Positions 1 through 8,178 of a DNA stretch of 63,256 bases are shown here, one piece after another; position 1 is the stretch's first letter, and each line of letters begins with the position of its first letter. The position numbers and the translations under genes were made by a program. Under the pieces are notes generated by a model that searched no databases, had not been told where the DNA came from, and saw only the letters and a program-made list of their open reading frames with translations. The stretch is from a virus, in the IMG/VR virus record IMGVR_UViG_3300045988_135371, positions 1 to 63,256 of that record; one strand, given 5' to 3'.

Positions 1-47
1 GAGCGGAAAACGGGACTCGAACCCGCGACCCTCAGCTTGGGAAGCTG
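1..47. repeat. Left copy of the att core (displaced 3' fragment of tRNA-Gly)
   Basis: Identical to 63210-63256. The reverse complement reads anticodon arm, variable loop, T arm and acceptor 3' strand. The sequence after pos 47 does not continue as tRNA (A27-A43 mismatch). Confidence 0.9.
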
Positions 48-348
48 TATTTTATCACATATATAATACTGTATATCAAATATTTACACTGTATATAAAA
101 ATCATTTGCACACAATTTACATAATAAATATCCGCATATATTTTAATTCAAATGGTTGGATTCTATCGAACATTTACATAATCATTTTTGCAGTGGTCGA
201 AATAAAACAACACGAGTCACTAACAATTCTCCCCTCTCCAGTAATTTCACGCATGGGAGGATGCTTGACTTCGCTTCGCAACGTCCATCCCAGTCTATCA
301 CCTTTGAACTTTATACAACGCTGACGCCTTACAAAAGCTTTCATTTTC

Positions 349-813
349 TTATTTTCTTCCATGGTCATATATATCACCGAATTTATTCTCTATGAAAAAT
401 ATATAGAAAATCTTACCTCTTTGAAGTCCAACGAAAGACCTATTGTCCCCTGAAGCACGAAACGCATGAAGGTCGACTTCCCTTGTTACAAAAGAAGGCA
501 ACTTATCTTTCGGCTTAATGTCATTGTACGGAATAGGCTCCATGCCATATGAATGTCTATGTGACAACCGTATTCCATTCCATCCAAGCTCACACAGTTT
601 TTGAAGTCTTAATATAAAGTTAAGAAGGAACGAATGGTCTTTACAATCTTTTATATACTCATCCGATAGGTATTTAAAAGAGAACAGAGGATGGTCTATT
701 TCGGATAAATCACTTATTTCCCCTACGCTGACCTTATTGGAGTTTATAATACTCTGTATAAAAGAAAGCCCATCATCACTTTTCTTTTTCTTGCTTTTAC
801 CCTTTCCACTCAT
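349..813 (-). CDS. Unassigned 154-aa protein, putative toxin partner of the upstream Panacea-domain antitoxin
   Basis: 4-bp ATGA overlap with the DUF4065 gene. The lysine-rich N-terminus and a C-terminal LHAFRASGDNRSFVGLQRGKIFYIFFIENKFGDIYDH segment resemble a RelE/ParE-type strand-turn-strand core (weak, by eye). Confidence 0.45.
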   Translation of the reverse strand: MSGKGKSKKKKSDDGLSFIQSIINSNKVSVGEISDLSEIDHPLFSFKYLSDEYIKDCKDHSFLLNFILRLQKLCELGWNGIRLSHRHSYGMEPIPYNDIKPKDKLPSFVTREVDLHAFRASGDNRSFVGLQRGKIFYIFFIENKFGDIYDHGRK

Positions 814-1259
814 TTCTTCAACCGAGTTCTAAAAAATGTCTTAATTTTACTCTTTGGAATCACATTTCCTTCCCCGGTCTTAGTGTTTTTCCAAGGAGCT
901 TCACTGTGTGTCATATTCATAAGGCCAAGAGCGGAATATACTCCATACACCTTAAATACTTCATTGAATAGTGCTTCTTCTTCCTTGCTCTTAAATTCAA
1001 ATTCAAATTCGGATTCCAGGCGAATACCATTTTTACCGTTGCTTTTATATTCGTCATATACAGAAGGAACAACCGGACCATACATCCATGCTTCAATTTC
1101 CTCATCAAAGAGAGGTTCGCCGAAATATGCCAAATGAAATCCCTGTTGGTAGTATAACATCTTTTGGAGTTTCATGTTTGTCATAAACTCTTCTCCGTAA
1201 CTAACTTGTTCTGCTTTCTTTATAAGAAGCTTTGCTATATCTGATGCCTTGTATGCCAT
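810..1259 (-). CDS. Panacea / DUF4065 (SocA/GepA-like) antitoxin-domain protein
   Basis: NMKLQKMLYYQQGFHLAYFGEPLFDEEIEAWMYGPVVPSVYDEYK matches the DUF4065 signature. Confidence 0.85.
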   Translation of the reverse strand: MAYKASDIAKLLIKKAEQVSYGEEFMTNMKLQKMLYYQQGFHLAYFGEPLFDEEIEAWMYGPVVPSVYDEYKSNGKNGIRLESEFEFEFKSKEEEALFNEVFKVYGVYSALGLMNMTHSEAPWKNTKTGEGNVIPKSKIKTFFRTRLKK

Positions 1260-1271
1260 AATACATTTTCA

Positions 1272-1427
1272 TTACATTAAATATGAATATACGGGTATTC
1301 TTCTTTTATCAAGTTCCTCTTTGGAAATATCAGACAATACAGACTTCTTCCCTGAATTGGATTTATTCAAATCAGAGATGTTCTTTTTAGAAGAACGAGG
1401 TTCTTGTTTTAATCTTATATTACCCAT
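1272..1427 (-). CDS. Possible 51-aa basic small protein upstream of the Panacea gene
   Basis: ATG-started ORF below the track cutoff (MGNIRLKQEPRSSKKN...), ending 12 nt before the PanA-like start. No family recognised. Confidence 0.2.
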   Translation of the reverse strand: MGNIRLKQEPRSSKKNISDLNKSNSGKKSVLSDISKEELDKRRIPVYSYLM

Positions 1428-1613
1428 ACCACCTTTATTCTATAATATTGTAGAACGATAGAACGAACGACGCAATTTAAACATAACACTACCTAACAAT
1501 GTTTACTACATTGTTAATAATATTACTTTCGATACAAATTAAAGCAGAAATAAGGATGCAACCAAAATGTGAGACAGATTTCTTTGTAATTTAGACTGGT
1601 TATAAATAGTTTA

Positions 1614-1895
1614 TCACTTCTTTTTCCCAAATAGTTCAGAGTGGCTTCCAAGTCTAAGGATTTCAATAACATCGCTCCCCTCGTCAAACCATATAAGGAG
1701 AAAATCTCCCTCGATATGGCACTCCATGCAATCCTTGTACTCACCAATCAGGACATGAGCCTTATATTTCTCCGGAAGTTCTATTTCATTCTCCAACATA
1801 CGAAACACTTCCAGTAACTTGCTCAATTTGGATGGGTTGTTCCGGTATCGCTTAAAATCTTTTTTATACTGTGTTGAATAGTGCAACTGCTTCAT
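1614..1895 (-). CDS. yafQ: YafQ-family (RelE superfamily) type II toxin
   Basis: YSTQYKKDFKR ... LPEKYKAHVLIGEYKDCMECHIEGDFLLIW ... LGSHSELFG follows the YafQ pattern. Confidence 0.85.
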   Translation of the reverse strand: MKQLHYSTQYKKDFKRYRNNPSKLSKLLEVFRMLENEIELPEKYKAHVLIGEYKDCMECHIEGDFLLIWFDEGSDVIEILRLGSHSELFGKKK

Positions 1896-2147
1896 CTACT
1901 CACAAGATTTTATAAAGGCTTCCATGCTACTGGTATCAATAACCCCGGCATATTTACCGGAACGCGCCTCGTTTATGGCTGCAACCGTCTCTTCATTAGG
2001 TTCTGAATACATTGCATCCATTAAGGTGCTTTCTACAAAATTATTAAGGCTTCTGTTTGCCTTCTTAGCATGTTCCTGCAAGATTTGTAATAAATCCTCA
2101 CGCAAGCGGAACGAAGTTTGTTTTCTTACTACTGCTTCCATTTTCAT
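1896..2147 (-). CDS. Ribbon-helix-helix antitoxin (DinJ/RelB-like) cognate to YafQ
   Basis: Abuts the toxin start. N-terminal RHH-like segment KQTSFRLREDLLQILQEHAKKANRSLNNFVE. Confidence 0.7.
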   Translation of the reverse strand: MKMEAVVRKQTSFRLREDLLQILQEHAKKANRSLNNFVESTLMDAMYSEPNEETVAAINEARSGKYAGVIDTSSMEAFIKSCE

Positions 2148-2202
2148 ATTATTATTGTACTACATTGTATTGCAAATATAATACAATGCTCCAAATAATC
2201 AA

Positions 2203-2451
2203 TCATTCCGCCTTTATTTTTATACTTTTTCCACAGTTCGGGCACGTGATAGAGGCTCCATCGCTTTTGGGCTTTTCAAATAGTTCAGTTACCGAGCAAC
2301 CTATGGCATCCGCAATCTTGTTTAATGTTTCAACTGTCGGGTTACCATTAACCATATTGGATAAATTTACTCTATTTATTCCCATCTTATCGGCAAGTTC
2401 TGTTATAGTCATACCTTTTCCTTTGATAACTTCTTTGATTCTTAAATTCAT
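2203..2451 (-). CDS. XRE-family helix-turn-helix regulator with C-terminal CPNC motif
   Basis: MNLRIKEVIKGKGMTITELADKMGINRVNLSNMVNGNPTVETLNKIADAIGCSVTELF. The track start is TTG, so it was moved to the in-frame ATG at 2451. Confidence 0.8.
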   Translation of the reverse strand: MNLRIKEVIKGKGMTITELADKMGINRVNLSNMVNGNPTVETLNKIADAIGCSVTELFEKPKSDGASITCPNCGKSIKIKAE

Positions 2452-2509
2452 AATGTAATGTTTTGATTTACGATACAAATATACAAAATTTATTTATTGT
2501 AATGATATT

Positions 2510-2571
2510 ACGGTACATTTTTGCGTTAAAGTAATGTTAAACACTTCTTTTGATTTGCTCAAATGTACCGT
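2510..2571. promoter_or_regulatory. 11-bp inverted repeat pair (ACGGTACATTT / AAATGTACCGT) in the divergent region between the XRE gene and 2618
   Basis: Perfect reverse-complement 11-mers at 2510-2520 and 2561-2571. Confidence 0.35.
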
Positions 2572-2617
2572 TTTATATTACATTTGCTACATAAATGAAA
2601 TATAAAACATTACATAT

Positions 2618-2932
2618 ATGAAACGCTACAATTTATCAGAGATAATGAAGAGGGCTCACAACTTCTACAAGACAAGCAAATACACTTGGTCTGAAAGTTT
2701 GAAGAAGTCCTGGAAAATGGCGAAGTTCTCGGTACGCGTCGAGGAAGATATAGCCAATATCGTAGACTACAAGGCTGCCGATAATAAATCATTCGCTGAT
2801 AGATTGAGAGAAGAAGCAAAAGGATATAAGCCCGCCGGAAGAAGCTCTTATGATGATTTGTCAATCTCGGCATCCGCCTACTACAATCCGTACAGCTACG
2901 GGCGTTTCGGTTCTCATTACGTAGGTGACTAA
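2618..2932 (+). CDS. Hypothetical protein
   Basis: ATG ORF of 104 aa, first gene of a short rightward unit. Confidence 0.5.
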   Translation: MKRYNLSEIMKRAHNFYKTSKYTWSESLKKSWKMAKFSVRVEEDIANIVDYKAADNKSFADRLREEAKGYKPAGRSSYDDLSISASAYYNPYSYGRFGSHYVGD

Positions 2933-2948
2933 CTTAACTATTAATATC

Positions 2949-3131
2949 ATGGAAGAAAACAAACAACTTGTAGGCGATATTTGCGCCTCTATCGAGGAAC
3001 TTGGTAATGTGATAGCAAATAATGTAGCCGCATCACACAAAGATTATGAAATAATGATTGCTTCTTTGGATAATTCGATAGCTGAAATGAAGAAGAGATT
3101 AGGAAATGTATTGCCACATAAACAAGCATAG
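2949..3131 (+). CDS. Hypothetical small protein
   Basis: The track start is GTG, so the in-frame ATG at 2949 is used. Followed by a terminator. Confidence 0.4.
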   Translation: MEENKQLVGDICASIEELGNVIANNVAASHKDYEIMIASLDNSIAEMKKRLGNVLPHKQA

Positions 3132-3171
3132 ACGCACGTTGAGGTTTCGACCAACGTTCACGTTGTGATGC

Positions 3172-3201
3172 CCCGTCAGCAATACGGCTGGCGGGTTTCT
3201 T
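3172..3201 (+). terminator. Rho-independent terminator
   Basis: 9-bp stem CCCGTCAGC/GCTGGCGGG (one G-U), 6-nt loop, TTTCTT tail. Confidence 0.6.
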
Positions 3202-3457
3202 GAATATCAATTATTCATTGTTCATAAGAGGGGCACATTTGCACCTATATTTTAATAGGAAAAACATAACTCTTAAACATTACTTTTTGAGAATTATTGC
3301 TATATTTGCATTGCATTGGGTTGTTCTTATGGAAATTAGAATTAATCAGAGAATTAAGATATAGAAAGCTGTGTAGGTCACAACCCCCTGCATGGCTTTC
3401 GCCTTTTTATCTCCGTATAAAGAAATACGGTACATCCTCGAACGAAAAGACTTTATT

Positions 3458-4153
3458 ATGGACAGCATTCAAATTTTTAAGAATGAGGCTTTCGGCGAAG
3501 TTAGAGTAGCCGGAACAAGTGAAAAACCTTTATTTTGCCTTGCAGATGTTTGCAAATCTTTAGGGTTGCGAGTAGATGCAGTGCAATCAAGATTATCAGA
3601 TGCCCCCATTCGGATTGGGGTCACTGATTCTCTTGGAAGAGAACAGCAAATGAATTTCGTTAACGAAAAGAGCTTGTACAAAGTTATCATGCGTTCAGAC
3701 AAGCCGCAAGCGGAACCTTTTCAAGACTGGGTATGCGGTGAAATCCTTCCTTCAATCCGCAAACACGGCATATACGCCACTGATAATGTTATAGACCAAA
3801 TACTGAATAATCCGGATTTCGGTATTGAACTTCTCACTAAGTTAAAAGAAGAACGGTCGGCACGCATCGAAGCGGAAAAGCAAGTAGCTGTGCTTACTCA
3901 TGTTAATAAGACCTATACATGCACGGAAGTAGCTAAAGAGTTGGGGCTTAAATCGGCAATTGAACTCAATAACCGTTTAAAAGAACTTGGTGTACAGTAT
4001 AAAGTTAATCAGACATGGGTTCCATACACCAAGTACGCAACTCTTGGTTGGTTTGATATAAAGCAAGAGGTTGCCGACAACGGTCATATTATCTACCATA
4101 GAAAGATTACTGGAATTGGCAGACAAGGCATAATCAACCTTATTAATTATTAG
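3458..4153 (+). CDS. Phage antirepressor, Bro-N domain plus KilAC/ANT-like C-terminal domain
   Basis: MDSIQIFKNEAFGEVRV...LFCLADVCKSLG...NEKSLYKVIMRSDKPQAEPFQDWVCGEILPSIRKHGIY is a clear Bro-N signature. The start was chosen at the domain boundary. Confidence 0.85.
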   Translation: MDSIQIFKNEAFGEVRVAGTSEKPLFCLADVCKSLGLRVDAVQSRLSDAPIRIGVTDSLGREQQMNFVNEKSLYKVIMRSDKPQAEPFQDWVCGEILPSIRKHGIYATDNVIDQILNNPDFGIELLTKLKEERSARIEAEKQVAVLTHVNKTYTCTEVAKELGLKSAIELNNRLKELGVQYKVNQTWVPYTKYATLGWFDIKQEVADNGHIIYHRKITGIGRQGIINLINY

Positions 4154-4159
4154 TTAAAT

Positions 4160-4194
4160 GTACTGCCGCTAAATCATTAGTTTAGCGGCAGTAC
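4160..4194. terminator. Bidirectional terminator hairpin between convergent genes
   Basis: 14-bp perfect stem GTACTGCCGCTAAA/TTTAGCGGCAGTAC with a 7-nt loop. Confidence 0.7.
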
Positions 4195-4210
4195 GTTTGC
4201 TGTATAATCT

Positions 4211-4576
4211 TTATTCTGTAACTTTCCGTATCTTATTAATTGCGTCATATTCAGAAAAGTCGATGCTATATCCTTCTCCTAACTTAGACAATTCATATTT
4301 GTATTTTTCAACCAACTTAGGGTAATTTTCTTCAAAGTCCAGCTTTAATTCAGAAATCTTAATTAATTCCTCAACATATAAGCGTTGATATATTTCAAAA
4401 GCCCTATCTTTATTCCCAAGTATAATTTGTTTATGAGCTTCATTAAAACTATTAACAGTTTTATTTTTAATTTTTCTTACATCATTAGTCATTCCCCATA
4501 CTTTGAAGAATAAAATAATTTGTAATGCCCCAAATACAATAACGATGATTGAAGTAAAAAATGCAATATTTTCCAT
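4211..4576 (-). CDS. Single-pass membrane protein, last gene of the repressor-AbiH operon
   Basis: N-terminal TM segment IAFFTSIIVIVFGALQIILFFKVWG, helical C-terminal part. Confidence 0.6.
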   Translation of the reverse strand: MENIAFFTSIIVIVFGALQIILFFKVWGMTNDVRKIKNKTVNSFNEAHKQIILGNKDRAFEIYQRLYVEELIKISELKLDFEENYPKLVEKYKYELSKLGEGYSIDFSEYDAINKIRKVTE

Positions 4577-4631
4577 AATGATATATTTTTAAATTATATG
4601 ATTTTTATTGTTTTCTAATTTGGAGATAAAT

Positions 4632-5198
4632 TTACTGACACGTATTCTTGTTTGCACGTTTTTCCTCTTGCTTTTTCTCATATTCTTTCGCTTTTTTCCT
4701 TTTTTGGGCTAATATTTTATAGCACTTATCAATAGATTTCGATTTAAATTTTATTTTATCAATTTCTGATTCTATACTATCAATTGTTCTAATATCATTC
4801 CCCAAACCCCATAAATAAGATTCTATAATTTCTAAGAAATATGCCGCTTTTTCCTCTGTGAAGTTTAGATTTAAAGCTGCCACACAAGTCCTCATCGTCG
4901 GAAAGAAAGCATTCCCATTACCACTTATCCCGTTACTGTATCCTCTATAAAACATATCCTCGGCAATGGCATCCCGGCTACTATTCGACATCATAGCTAT
5001 TTTCTTATCAACATCAATCGTTTTATAGATTTGCCATGCAACTAAGAAGCCAACCAATAGAGCCAAAAGTCCAACAATTACTCCCATATAATCAAAACCT
5101 AAACTTTCTCTTGGATAAGCTCGGCATAAAGCAAATATTGAAAACACAAGAGAAATACCCAATATACTATATATTATAATACGTTCAAATTTCCCCAT
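4632..5198 (-). CDS. Two-TM membrane protein with soluble C-terminal domain
   Basis: TM segments IIIYSILGISLVFSIFALC and VIVGLLALLVGFLVAWQIY. The track start is TTG, so it was moved to ATG at 5198. Confidence 0.6.
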   Translation of the reverse strand: MGKFERIIIYSILGISLVFSIFALCRAYPRESLGFDYMGVIVGLLALLVGFLVAWQIYKTIDVDKKIAMMSNSSRDAIAEDMFYRGYSNGISGNGNAFFPTMRTCVAALNLNFTEEKAAYFLEIIESYLWGLGNDIRTIDSIESEIDKIKFKSKSIDKCYKILAQKRKKAKEYEKKQEEKRANKNTCQ

Positions 5199-5214
5199 AT
5201 CATTATTCTTTTTA

Positions 5215-6033
5215 TTATAGTTTAATTTCTTCGCTATCCATATCAAAAGAATCTTCTTTAAACTTCATTTGATATAACTTTATGTTACAATTTCCCATAG
5301 ATTTTATGGTTTTCAATATAAGATTTTTATCAAAATCAGAACATCTTGCCCCGATGTATATACCCGTAACAGCGTTATCTGGAATGTCTATATATTGAGA
5401 CTCTTTTATTGGTTGTAATGTATATCTAACTTCTTCTTCTTGCTCCCACGACTTACTTTTTGAGGCAAAAATTCCCTTTAAGGTATCTATGGGGTTACTC
5501 TTTGCTAATAACATGAACTCGTCAGAATCTGGCGTCATCCGTTCATTGGAATATTTCACTTCAAAATTATTTGTAAATATATTCTTGTCTTTAAAACAAT
5601 TCCGTAATATTTTTGCATCATACTCTATACAAAATCCCTTATGTCCATTTGCATAATACGACCACATGCATTCTGAATCATACCTTTTTGATACAGAAAA
5701 AATCCCGACACTATCAACCATCATATTTAGCATGTTAGTGGTAGCTGAGATTTGCTTCTCCAATGATGCGGCTTGCTCCTTCAATGATACGATTGGGTTC
5801 TCCACAGCTACCCGCCGATTGTATTCTAACTCCTCATAAATTCGTTTCAAAGAGACGCAAGATTCATTGGGGTCGTTTAATCCGTCTTTCGTAGGAATAA
5901 ATAATTGATAGTTTTTTAGAGCGAGTAAATCACGATATATATTTCCCCTGTATTTATATAGGAGTTGAATGTCTCTTGAAAAGAAATCACGCTCCCAATC
6001 AGTAAGTTGTTCTTTCAATGCTTCTTCATCCAT
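5215..6033 (-). CDS. DUF2971-family protein
   Basis: LLYKYRG...LFIPTKDGLNDPNE, IFSVSKRYDSECMWSYYANGHKGFCIEYD and WEQEEEVRY match the DUF2971 blocks. Confidence 0.75.
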   Translation of the reverse strand: MDEEALKEQLTDWERDFFSRDIQLLYKYRGNIYRDLLALKNYQLFIPTKDGLNDPNESCVSLKRIYEELEYNRRVAVENPIVSLKEQAASLEKQISATTNMLNMMVDSVGIFSVSKRYDSECMWSYYANGHKGFCIEYDAKILRNCFKDKNIFTNNFEVKYSNERMTPDSDEFMLLAKSNPIDTLKGIFASKSKSWEQEEEVRYTLQPIKESQYIDIPDNAVTGIYIGARCSDFDKNLILKTIKSMGNCNIKLYQMKFKEDSFDMDSEEIKL

Positions 6034-6072
6034 ATTTATTTCCTTTAAATTTTTATCGTTTGTTAGCTGCTT

Positions 6073-7002
6073 CTACATTATGGTGACTTTATTGTAAAAG
6101 TCATTTAATCCATTGTCATTTACTGAATAAAAATGTATATTATTAAATTCTCTAATTTTTGCAACGTCTATTTCCATGTCAACTAATTGCCCATAAAATG
6201 CAGATGAGTTACTGATATTAAAAATACTTATTGAGGTATCCAATTCCCTTTTTTCTATCATTTTGAAAAATTCCCTAAAATAAGGGTGATCCGTTTTTCC
6301 CATCCCAAATCCAAAAAATATTACATGAGTAGAATTAGATAAATCAGATATAATCCCGCTATTGTATGAAGAACGAGCGGACTTTATCATGCACCTAAAT
6401 TCTTCTTTTACATTAATATCATCAATCCCCACTATAATAGGTGCAATTCTTCCATCGTATGAAGAACAAGTTTCTCCGTGGATATATCTTATATCCAAAT
6501 CTTTTATATTAAGATTCTGCTGTTCATTTAATGAGCAAGCTACATCGTTCAAATTAGTATAATTAAATGAATACACCCTACTATTTGATTGAACAGAAAT
6601 CCACTTCAATAGCTTAGATGATATGCTGCCAACATTATAAATGTATTTACCAAGATAATTTCTTTTATTATCGAAATATTTGTACTGTGACATAAATATG
6701 TTTAAGTCGTTAGATAATTTCTTATATTCAAGCTCAATATTTCGATTTTTTTCGATATTCATATTTCCGTATGAAAGAGCGTAATCCCTTAGGAACAGTT
6801 CAATATCAATCCAACCTGACTCTACACATTTTTTTATCATGGCATCAATCAATGTATTCGTAGGCTCAGGATGTTGCGTTTTTATATACATTTTATCAAT
6901 AAATGCCTTATACGAAGTATTTAACCCTAAATCAAGGTCAAACCCATTACCTATTACCAATATTATGCTTGGGTTATTATTTGTATTTCCCATAACATTC
7001 AT
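6073..7002 (-). CDS. abiH: AbiH-family abortive-infection protein
   Basis: IILVIGNGFDLDLGLNTSYKAF, FNYTN, YIHGE, IIVGIDD and IFFGFGMGKTDHPYF follow the AbiH (PF14253) block order. Confidence 0.8.
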   Translation of the reverse strand: MNVMGNTNNNPSIILVIGNGFDLDLGLNTSYKAFIDKMYIKTQHPEPTNTLIDAMIKKCVESGWIDIELFLRDYALSYGNMNIEKNRNIELEYKKLSNDLNIFMSQYKYFDNKRNYLGKYIYNVGSISSKLLKWISVQSNSRVYSFNYTNLNDVACSLNEQQNLNIKDLDIRYIHGETCSSYDGRIAPIIVGIDDINVKEEFRCMIKSARSSYNSGIISDLSNSTHVIFFGFGMGKTDHPYFREFFKMIEKRELDTSISIFNISNSSAFYGQLVDMEIDVAKIREFNNIHFYSVNDNGLNDFYNKVTIM

Positions 7003-7301
7003 TGTTTTAGTTTCAAATACCCATCTTTATCTACTATTACTGTGAGCTCCCGCAATTTTTCTGCACTATCCTTACTCTCTTCTATTAGCATATTGCCTTT
7101 CCCACGTAGTAGCCATTCGGATGAGATTTCGGGAAAGGCTAACAGTGTATTTAGTATTAGGTCAATTGACACACCCCTCTTCCCTATTAACTGATTATTC
7201 ACTGTAGTTTGTTCCATATTTATTTTATTTGCAAACGCATTTTTCGATAACTTATAGCTATCTATTAATTCATTAATCCTTTGTAAAACAAGCGATTTCA
7301 T
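6999..7301 (-). CDS. CI-type HTH repressor (Phage_CI_repr-like), probable prophage repressor
   Basis: LSKNAFANKINMEQTTVNNQLIGKRGVSIDLILNTLLAFPEISSEWLLRGKGNML. ATGA overlap with abiH. Faces the operator-bearing early promoter. Confidence 0.7.
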   Translation of the reverse strand: MKSLVLQRINELIDSYKLSKNAFANKINMEQTTVNNQLIGKRGVSIDLILNTLLAFPEISSEWLLRGKGNMLIEESKDSAEKLRELTVIVDKDGYLKLKQ

Positions 7302-7328
7302 ATTTAATTATTTAGAATGTTTATAAAT

Positions 7329-7342
7329 AAGTCATTTGACCT
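7329..7342. promoter_or_regulatory. Operator half-degenerate palindrome AAGTCATTTGACCT
   Basis: 13/14 match to the perfect palindrome 43 bp downstream. Confidence 0.5.
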
Positions 7343-7361
7343 AAAATAACTCATAATACAT

Positions 7362-7392
7362 TTTGTATATTAGGTCATTTGACCTATATTTG
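7362..7392 (+). promoter_or_regulatory. Rightward early promoter (Bacteroides-type -33 TTTG, -7 TATATTTG)
   Basis: TTTG at 7362-7365 and TATATTTG at 7385-7392 with a 19-nt spacer, 79 nt upstream of the first early gene. Confidence 0.6.
7372..7385. promoter_or_regulatory. Operator, perfect palindrome AGGTCA-TT-TGACCT
   Basis: 6-2-6 dyad lying between the -33 and -7 boxes of the rightward promoter. Confidence 0.6.
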
Positions 7393-7470
7393 CACTGTGA
7401 TTTAAATCAAACCATAAATCACGAGTGAAAAATTAAAGAAATAAACAAAGGTATTTTATTTAGTTTGCAA

Positions 7471-7683
7471 ATGGAGAAAATAATAGTTAAAAGAATTAAA
7501 GGCAGGGAACTTTCCGAGACATTGCGTTCAATGAAAGTAGGCGAAGAATTGACTATCAAAGAGAAAGATTTTCGTCCTACGAGTGTTTTCAACGCATGTT
7601 ACCGACTGAAAAAGGAAGGGTTCTTGTTTTCGTGCTCTGCGAAAAAAAATATTGACGGAAGTATAGTAACAAGATTAAGTTAA
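7471..7683 (+). CDS. First early gene, small protein in the Cro position
   Basis: The track start is TTG, so ATG at 7471 is used. No HTH recognised by eye. Confidence 0.45.
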   Translation: MEKIIVKRIKGRELSETLRSMKVGEELTIKEKDFRPTSVFNACYRLKKEGFLFSCSAKKNIDGSIVTRLS

Positions 7684-7704
7684 TTTAATAAGGAGGAATA
7701 AACT

Positions 7705-8178
7705 ATGGATAATACCCAAAAAAAGAATGAAGGATTGTTTGATGAGTTTTGCAATAATGCGAAATCCTTAACTATGGAAATTCGCAGATTAATACTACGG
7801 GCTGAACAGCGTGATAACGCTATGAATGATACAAAGGGCGTTATAGGACGTCCACTCCAATGTTTGAGTGAGATGTTGGAAATTGGAATGGCGAAGGCGG
7901 ACGTTGAAGCTGGGAAAGGTATTGATATGACTGTTGATTTTACAATAAAAACCGACAATGACAAATATAAAGTCAATGTTTGTGCTTTAGACAAAGAGCT
8001 AAGCGGAAAAATTCTTACTATGCTTTTAGAACTTAGAAAAGAAAAATTGCTTTCGATTTTACATTTCGGAAAATCAAAAAAGGAAGAATTAGACGACCTT
8101 ACATCATCCCTTTTCGACTTTTTAATGATTTTTCCAAAAGAAAATGAAACAATCAATAAACAAAGCAAGGGGGAATGA
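7705..8178 (+). CDS. Hypothetical early protein
   Basis: 157-aa ATG ORF, co-oriented and tightly packed. Confidence 0.55.
   Translation: MDNTQKKNEGLFDEFCNNAKSLTMEIRRLILRAEQRDNAMNDTKGVIGRPLQCLSEMLEIGMAKADVEAGKGIDMTVDFTIKTDNDKYKVNVCALDKELSGKILTMLLELRKEKLLSILHFGKSKKEELDDLTSSLFDFLMIFPKENETINKQSKGE

Noticed and set aside
106-395. Overlapping short ORFs on both strands between attL and the PanA partner gene (for example 174-377 minus, 67 aa)
   Set aside because: No motif, mutually exclusive frames, and the region is probably att arm and terminator DNA. The 174-377 minus ORF cannot be fully excluded as a third gene of the PanA unit.
3232-3243. Extra copies of ATTTGCAC at 3235-3242 and 7388-7395 as additional integrase arm sites
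   Set aside because: These coincide with TAnnTTTG-type -7 promoter boxes followed by C. They are better explained as promoter elements, which also tempers the arm-site interpretation at the att arms.
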